Source of the DNA: Candidatus Nanoarchaeia archaeon | Lineage (GTDB): Archaea; Nanobdellota; Nanobdellia; Woesearchaeales; DATDTY01 | DNA length: 32,905 bases | NCBI GenBank assembly: GCA_035290625.1 | Contig: DATDTY010000018.1 | Span: 1 to 32,905, forward strand | Direction: 5' to 3' | Part shown: piece after piece, positions 27,601 through 32,905 of the stretch | Layout: every line of letters starts with the position of its first letter | Position numbering within the stretch: the stretch's first letter is position 1 | The notes under the pieces: generated by a model | Databases searched by the model: none | What the model was told of the DNA's origin: nothing | Seen by the model: the letters and a program-made list of their open reading frames with translations, nothing else | Made by a program: the position numbers and the translations under genes

Positions 27601-29986
27601 CCTGCCACTTTTCATCGCCTCTTTTGGAATCCCAGTCCACGTCAGTCACAGGTTGCTGGGAGCAATGAGAGGGAACTTCATTCGTGTTCTTTTTTGCATC
27701 TCTGACGTACTTCTGGACAGTCGGAGCAGCAGGGCACATGATCCTATCACAGATCCACTGCGTCTTTTCCCAGAATTTTGCTGTCTCTCCTCTTGCACGG
27801 AGGCAGTTTGCGCACGGATCATTGGGATCGTCTGGATGAGGGGTGCATGAAGGGATCCCTGCTGAAAGTGAGACGCCAACGCAGCTTGACCACTCTGTCG
27901 CTTTCTTGACCCACCATGCTGCCCATGAGCCTAAGCAGCCGATAAAGACCCATTTCTTGGCTGTATTCACTGGCCTGAGGACTGTGTCAATTATATCTAT
28001 CGCAGACTCAAGGACATTCACTGAGCCTTCTAGGAATGCTTTCGGAATCGCATCCGCAGGCAGCCTTCTGTCTATGGTAATCTCGACATCCCAGCATTGG
28101 CGCTGGAGGCCAGTGAGGTATTCTTGAGTGTTTCTGCCAGGAGTTCCTGAAAACCCTGAACTGCCTGCAACAGGATTAACAGGAGCATATGTGTCCCTGT
28201 AGGTATAAGGAATTTCAAGCATGAGCGGGATTTTCAAGCAGCCTGTTCCTGGAATCGTGCATTCATTCAGGCGGTGGTCTGAGATCTCGTTTTCAAGGCT
28301 GAGTGTTGTTTCATCTCCCTGCCTTCTGGGCTGCCTGATGTCAAGGAGGAAATAGGCTGCGCTTGTCCGTGTAGGGCTGTCAAGCGATGGAGGCCTGGAA
28401 AGCCTTACCCATTCTTCATCATAATTATCTGCGTCCTCCTGGGAGAGAGGCCTGTCGATAAGCCTTGGAGTCTGCAGGACTGCGTCCTGATCCTCGCCTG
28501 GACCTGCCCACTCAAACTCAGCGCTGAAGCCAACCTGGCTAAGCCCCTCTAAAACAAGCCTTGGGATAATCACATCAGGAGTGATGCTGGAAGTCGTGAT
28601 GATCCAGTCCCCTCCTGAGCCGCAGAGGCTATAGCGGATTTGCCCCCTGATCTGCTGGCTTTCCAACCCAACATCATCTACTGCTACAAGAGTTACTGCG
28701 TTTCTGAATTCTGATTGGGTAAGAATTCCCAGCCTGGAAGAATCCTGGGCTGTTCGTTCAGTATGGGCGATGTCTGGGTCTCTCCTGAGGGTTACTGGCA
28801 GAGCGAAATTTCCACTCTCATCAGTCTCGACTGAAAATACGTCTTCTGTGTTGATGAAGTCTGAGAGTGTCTGCTCTGGCTCTGTGAACAAGGGAGAAGG
28901 TAAGTCTGGCTGATTGACAAATGCCAGTACTGTTGCCTTCTTGCTGACTTTTCCTATTATCGTGATTTCCTGCGAGTAGCTTGGATCCAGTCTCTCCATG
29001 TTGCTTGTCTCTATTACTGGAGGATCCTGGTCTAATGCAGTCAGATTTTGGATTGTTACTGAGTTATTTGCCCTGTCTGTAATGATGATAGTGACTCGAT
29101 TGACGCCACGATTGAGCGTTAATGTCTGCTCAAAATCTCCAGTTGCTGTTATGGCAATAGGCTCTGGCCTGTTTTCGCAGGCAAGAGGTATTTCCTGCTC
29201 AGTTGTTTCTCTTGCCTCGCCGCTCAGCGTTACTGCTTCTAAAGGATCAGAGCGAGGACCCTCATTGCATTGCAAGACTGCTGCAACCTGGTAGGTGTAC
29301 GTTGTTCCTGCATTCAGGCTTGCCTCGATGAATTGCGGCGTTGTTGTTACGGCAATCCTGACGTTATTCCTGTAAACTACATAGGTGTAGCCTTCAACAG
29401 GAGCCCACGTGAGCTTTAGGGAGTTTGCTGCAACATCCTCGAGCTGCAGGTTCTCGGGCTTCGGGATGGTTACTGCTGCTCCTGATTCGAGAAGGAAGGT
29501 TATTGTTGATTCCTCATTGACTGTTCCAGTGAGCACAAGGCTTTCTTCTGCAGTGAGCCTTGGGATTGAAGAGAGCGTGTACTCGGGGTTTTGGGTGTCT
29601 ACATTCACCCTGAATTCTCTTGAACTTTGCTGGCCTGACGGATCAGTTGCTGTCAGGGTGATGAGGTTTTCCCCTTCTTCCAAAGTACGCAGCATGTATT
29701 CAAAGGAACCATCTGCTGTTGATTGAGGAGTTATTGAAGCAACAAGATGCCTGTCCTCGCCAGCCAGGATGTCTACTGTGCTGCCTGGCGTCGTTGTTCC
29801 ATGGATGAGGAGCTCTCTCCTGTTGTAGTTCTCCGGAAGAGTAACTTCAAGGGAAGCCGGAGACTGAAGGAGGGGGGTTGAGCCTTCCTTTACCTCGATT
29901 GCCTGCAGCGCAACAGCTGACTCAACAGGCAGCATAATGACTAAGAATATCATCAGGAATGCCAGGGACTGCAATGCTGTTTTCAT
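24680..29986 (-). CDS. Giant Cys-rich secreted protein with Ig-like and fibronectin type III domains
   Basis: Signal peptide; LEEGENLITLTATDPSG Ig-like; FN3 (LKLTW...YVVYRN...LNAGTTYTYQVAAV); many Cys pairs; internal hydrophobic helices. Confidence 0.8.
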   Translation of the reverse strand: MKTALQSLAFLMIFLVIMLPVESAVALQAIEVKEGSTPLLQSPASLEVTLPENYNRRELLIHGTTTPGSTVDILAGEDRHLVASITPQSTADGSFEYMLRTLEEGENLITLTATDPSGQQSSREFRVNVDTQNPEYTLSSIPRLTAEESLVLTGTVNEESTITFLLESGAAVTIPKPENLQLEDVAANSLKLTWAPVEGYTYVVYRNNVRIAVTTTPQFIEASLNAGTTYTYQVAAVLQCNEGPRSDPLEAVTLSGEARETTEQEIPLACENRPEPIAITATGDFEQTLTLNRGVNRVTIIITDRANNSVTIQNLTALDQDPPVIETSNMERLDPSYSQEITIIGKVSKKATVLAFVNQPDLPSPLFTEPEQTLSDFINTEDVFSVETDESGNFALPVTLRRDPDIAHTERTAQDSSRLGILTQSEFRNAVTLVAVDDVGLESQQIRGQIRYSLCGSGGDWIITTSSITPDVIIPRLVLEGLSQVGFSAEFEWAGPGEDQDAVLQTPRLIDRPLSQEDADNYDEEWVRLSRPPSLDSPTRTSAAYFLLDIRQPRRQGDETTLSLENEISDHRLNECTIPGTGCLKIPLMLEIPYTYRDTYAPVNPVAGSSGFSGTPGRNTQEYLTGLQRQCWDVEITIDRRLPADAIPKAFLEGSVNVLESAIDIIDTVLRPVNTAKKWVFIGCLGSWAAWWVKKATEWSSCVGVSLSAGIPSCTPHPDDPNDPCANCLRARGETAKFWEKTQWICDRIMCPAAPTVQKYVRDAKKNTNEVPSHCSQQPVTDVDWDSKRGDEKWQEYWNPDNFLIEARPGSGPNNVGSNINQQYCEYEYIKEYDSVAVGLNEFKESYCLTPAGKEDAKCGGLQVFPRLIRGVCTGQTNERLVIATSAVGQRDTSYWVIDADPQSGDGSIQAAWEGEYNAEFRCDNENSQLERCDIGNTIANYVKKKEASPVLRVRESLGTHISGGAFCATRPRGAGEDAEEFIPYEEQPQIFQRKVPLGVYEQVCAEAKDYVIDPTSDLISAFQSICLTAISEYLNHYKQILLMVKNCFNTILVTGDGSAGICKQVLSIYICDLIYFAIKCIIEKAGRGFGGSRSEVRGGFSGFLSYISNSGAQTQNKIRSRYGSTGIYRSLFLERKLVHATCRFAFTGDWDYNIEGLLEQEVQVPIATTCYITGTRRFLTKDPSQQGRASFLYHLGVFIVAGAPETTYKVQLVCSGENTCDSDIDPNGNDCDCLHFRDGEQVIQVRAGPGRLRQGETINVEEFREEERPYRYDKARILISYPRGGNSDQEVRDEECAVVNLPNIGGPPPADCGFEGWEYHCAFDFGRYGVAYFDQNVRLKDEGQPGFFLGETIELDGAIVKNSPSETPQQTMYMKYTLYGNRENRQEQILENIIPLTADGTIPFASGIPGGPFPGFKIVSTPTNLQNRDLNPFETSAQATAIQQRGIQAANEPITVEFSNPLAQFIGFRITITKNDGQYTLNSENSCFNTQTTRTATTEDLAAGVQCTFTENGQAQTITLRGSFTDTANTIPLTISLQPRRPQPEGSHKTLTLRISLHYASEEPGHTFDPSIIRWNGAEQAREFPIAVNNRPLDASYQVVQGATLLGCAIGSLLTAECGCGSLRCGGGNNEYCCNSGAPYCRRGTVCNRDPPLDTGITYSIEYNGEEQNEGPVNIPLGQTFTFKANNIRDDDPGIYKVEFILGNNVRNLRQTWAPYLNSVDYEAPITTDGLIDGSTYETKLKITDGDGNIRDTTTPRSIQITAPATT

Positions 29987-30157
29987 GGAATTTTTTTATT
30001 GTTTAGGGTTATATTGATTCTCATTCATTGCGATTTTGATTGATTTTAATTTCTGCATCCAGTTAATTTTTTAATTGGTTTTTTCATTGATTTTGTTTTC
30101 ATTGAATTTTTCATTTTTAAATTTTCAATTGATTTCATTGGAATTTTGTTGACTGGT

Positions 30158-32242
30158 TCATCTTAGTTCAGGAGGTATCTCTGTTTTATAACTTTCATCG
30201 TCCTGAAGGAAATTCAGGATTTCCCATTCCTGCGTATCATTAATCGGGGTTGGAAGATATTCGATGACATTGAAGACAAGCTCGTCTGCGCTTGCGATGT
30301 CGCTCCATTGAACATTCCACGTAAAATTTTGATAACCGCCTAATACCCGATCGTGCGCATTCTCATCAATCAGGACAATATCAACGCGGTAGCTTCCGTC
30401 TTCCTGGATCAGGTCAATGGAGCTGAACTCGGGATTCAGCTCTGCCTCTGGAGCAAGAGGATCTTGAGCCACAGGGAATTCCCTGAACAGGAGATGCTGG
30501 GGGTTTTCAATGCTCTGGATGCTGATGATGGCTTTCTCATTTGGAGCAAGGTCCTCCTCAGGCCTTATCCTGCTGGCTGCAAGGGGATCCACTGAATTGT
30601 ATTCGTGCTTTACGACACTGAAAGGCAGCCTTTTGAGCTTCTTGAGATTAAGCATAAGAAGAGGTGATGGATTTGCGTCTGTTGTAACAATCTGCTGCTT
30701 TGCCTGGAGGTATCCTTCCTTGTCAGCGATCATGATTCCGTTGCCGCAGTTTCTTGGAAGCTTTGTGACAAGGCGATTTATCCCAAACCTGTCTTGATCT
30801 GTCTGCCCAAGGGAACAGTCGTAAATGCCGCAACTATAGGTGATAGCAGCTCCCCTTAGATCGTCATTATATCCTGCGTCGTCAATGCCTCTGGCCCGGA
30901 TATCAAATTCTGGAAGGCCGGGATCATCCATGTCTGTGCATGTCCCGATAAAGCTGCCAGGGGTGTCAAAGAAGCTCCTTCCAAGAAACTCCCTGCCAGG
31001 CTGGTTGTGGTCAACAAGGACAGGGAAAGCAAAGCTGAAGATGAATCCTTCTCCATTGAAGGCTGAGTCATCACGGATTGATGCTTTTATGGGATATTGC
31101 ACATCATATGTAAAATGGTAGGGATTAAGGCAGAGGAACCTTAAGAAGCTCTGGCCTCGCTCAACCTGGGATTCAAGGTAGCGGCCATTCCTTGGACGTC
31201 CTGTGATGTCCATTCCCCATTCTGGATCGTATTGGAACCCTACAGTAAGGTCTCTATACCTTTCTGCATCCATATCAAAGCCAAGGAGGTAATGGAAATA
31301 ATCATAGGCATCTTCAGGAAGGCCTTCAGAAGGAAGGCCAATGATGCCGCCATCGTCATTCCAGGCCAAATCGCGATATTGCTCATAGAACTCCTCGGGC
31401 TGTTCAAAGGGAGGATAGTCTGTGTCTTTGATCCTAATCCGGACAAGCTCTTGCCTGAGCGCATCCTGGAGGCCTTCTTTTATTTCAAAGAGATCCCACC
31501 TGCGCCTGCCGCAGTGGAAATCAATCCCTGTAAAGGGGATTTCAGGATTGAGCGCCATGAGGTCAATGGTAATATTCTCAAAATACTGGTTGTCGTTCTC
31601 TTCATTCATGATTTTTTTTGCAAGATCAAAGATTTTTCCGAGCTTGACAGGAACCTTTGCTTCAAAGGAAGGAAGGACTGTCTTCCTGTCAGAGAGCTGC
31701 TGCTCTGCTTCGACTACATAGTTGAGCTGAACTGTAACCTCATCATCTCCTATGGTTGTTGTTGCTGTTGGGGGGCTTTCTGTTGTGATTGTGAACTGCT
31801 GGGTGAAGGGAGAGAAGTCGTCAAGGCAGCCAATGATGTTCTGCTCTACATACTGAGAGATCTCCCTGGCCATGGATCCTCTTGTTTCCGGAGAGTGATC
31901 AAATCCAGTATAATACCAGAAGGGAATTCTGGAGGGATTCCTGTGCTGGGGGACTGTTCGTATGCTCGGATAAGGGAACAGGGTGCTCTGGAGGTCGAGC
32001 TGCATATCAGCAGGAAGGTTGATGTAGCCCCCTCTAGTGCCAAGAATCGTAATGGCGTCCTTTGCAATGTTGGAAAGGCAGGAGTCTGTGTAGATCTTGA
32101 TTGGAATAGCCTCTGGCTGCAGGATCTCCTTCTGGCCAAGCTGGGCTTGCATGAGCGAGAAGACTAGAAAGAAGGCAAGAAGGATGAGCAGCCCTATGAT
32201 TATGTAGACTGTGACCTGGCCTCTCTTCATGACAGTTTCCAC
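30158..32242 (-). CDS. Large protein with class III (prepilin-type) signal peptide
   Basis: MKRG|QVTVYIIIGLLILL followed by P...I..Y..SCL. Confidence 0.8.
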   Translation of the reverse strand: METVMKRGQVTVYIIIGLLILLAFFLVFSLMQAQLGQKEILQPEAIPIKIYTDSCLSNIAKDAITILGTRGGYINLPADMQLDLQSTLFPYPSIRTVPQHRNPSRIPFWYYTGFDHSPETRGSMAREISQYVEQNIIGCLDDFSPFTQQFTITTESPPTATTTIGDDEVTVQLNYVVEAEQQLSDRKTVLPSFEAKVPVKLGKIFDLAKKIMNEENDNQYFENITIDLMALNPEIPFTGIDFHCGRRRWDLFEIKEGLQDALRQELVRIRIKDTDYPPFEQPEEFYEQYRDLAWNDDGGIIGLPSEGLPEDAYDYFHYLLGFDMDAERYRDLTVGFQYDPEWGMDITGRPRNGRYLESQVERGQSFLRFLCLNPYHFTYDVQYPIKASIRDDSAFNGEGFIFSFAFPVLVDHNQPGREFLGRSFFDTPGSFIGTCTDMDDPGLPEFDIRARGIDDAGYNDDLRGAAITYSCGIYDCSLGQTDQDRFGINRLVTKLPRNCGNGIMIADKEGYLQAKQQIVTTDANPSPLLMLNLKKLKRLPFSVVKHEYNSVDPLAASRIRPEEDLAPNEKAIISIQSIENPQHLLFREFPVAQDPLAPEAELNPEFSSIDLIQEDGSYRVDIVLIDENAHDRVLGGYQNFTWNVQWSDIASADELVFNVIEYLPTPINDTQEWEILNFLQDDESYKTEIPPELR

Positions 32243-32330
32243 TATCTCCCCTTAAGCCTCCCCAAAGTGTGTTTAAATACCTTTCTCTGATTCCGCAATT
32301 CTTTTAAAGCTCCCTGGCTTTCCAGTTACT

Positions 32331-32905
32331 ATGTTTGGGTGGGCACGAAAGATTGCAGGAGGGTATCGTTTTCTTCATGATGTTATTCAAGATACATACA
32401 CGCGCATCAGAAATCTGGATGTTGTTGAGGAGCTTCAGGATTCTTTAGGACAAGAGAAGAAAAGACTTGCTGATACTGAAAGGGGGCTGAGGGGGTATAG
32501 TGAAGAGCTCAAAGCGGAGCTGCAAGAGGCTACAGAGCGATGCGAGAACCAACGTGCTGTGATTCGGGCGCTTGAAAAGAAGAGTCCTCACGAGAGGTAC
32601 AGCACTACAGAAGCCATTGAGGTCATTAGGGATTTGAGGAACCTGTTGCGCATTGCGGAGGAGGAAGCGGGGCAGGATCACCAAAGGTATGAGGGCTTGC
32701 GGCTGGCTCTTGAAAATAACATGCAGCGGATTGAGCTGCTGACACAGGAAAATTTGGGTTTGAAAGGAAGAGCCCAGGATTTGGAGAGCAAGATTAATGA
32801 AGTTACTGAGCAGCATCAGAAGGAGCTTGGGCTGCTTGAGAAGCAGTTTAAGCAGCAGCATGAGGGGTGGGAGGAGGAGCTCAGCGCTCTACATAGGGAT
32901 GTTGA
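32331..32905 (+). CDS. Coiled-coil protein, runs off the window (3'-partial)
   Basis: ATG at 32331 with TATA-like ttttaaa upstream. Open to the window end; E/L/K/Q-rich heptads (MFGWARKIAGGYRFLHDVIQDTYTRIRNLDVVEELQDSL...). Confidence 0.75.
   Translation, partial: MFGWARKIAGGYRFLHDVIQDTYTRIRNLDVVEELQDSLGQEKKRLADTERGLRGYSEELKAELQEATERCENQRAVIRALEKKSPHERYSTTEAIEVIRDLRNLLRIAEEEAGQDHQRYEGLRLALENNMQRIELLTQENLGLKGRAQDLESKINEVTEQHQKELGLLEKQFKQQHEGWEEELSALHRDV

Noticed and set aside
31232..32167. 311-aa plus-strand ORF and other long antisense ORFs (e.g. 32445..32861, 630..1037)
   Set aside because: They are shadows of well-supported genes on the opposite strand and show no recognisable motifs.

Overview
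Archaeal chromosomal window, most consistent with a DPANN (Woesearchaeota-like) genome. This rests on archaeal TFE, TrmI, ABCE1, a Hel308 fragment, an intron-containing tRNA-Leu, TATA-proximal genes and giant surface proteins. The window opens with a complete ~623-bp IS200-type element (TnpA only) and a low-GC two-gene insert. It then carries housekeeping genes, two tRNAs, a tandem nucleotidyltransferase-HEPN protein, and two clusters of large secreted/pilin-like proteins. The standout signal is a family of five 156-207-bp non-coding elements at 9379, 13000, 20193, 20593 and 22209. Each has its own terminal inverted repeat (GG-N8-AAA pattern), and four of five have an 8-10-bp flanking direct repeat. 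All share a nested three-stem fold with compensatory base changes around a CCCCGAAGGGGGCAAC-like core. Four of them sit 5-8 bp from a TATA box. Other oddities are a Hel308 lacking its ATPase domain 1, an ABCE1 that has lost all four ligands of one Fe-S cluster, and an NDT-like + wHTH gene pair. All calls were made by eye; no searches were run.
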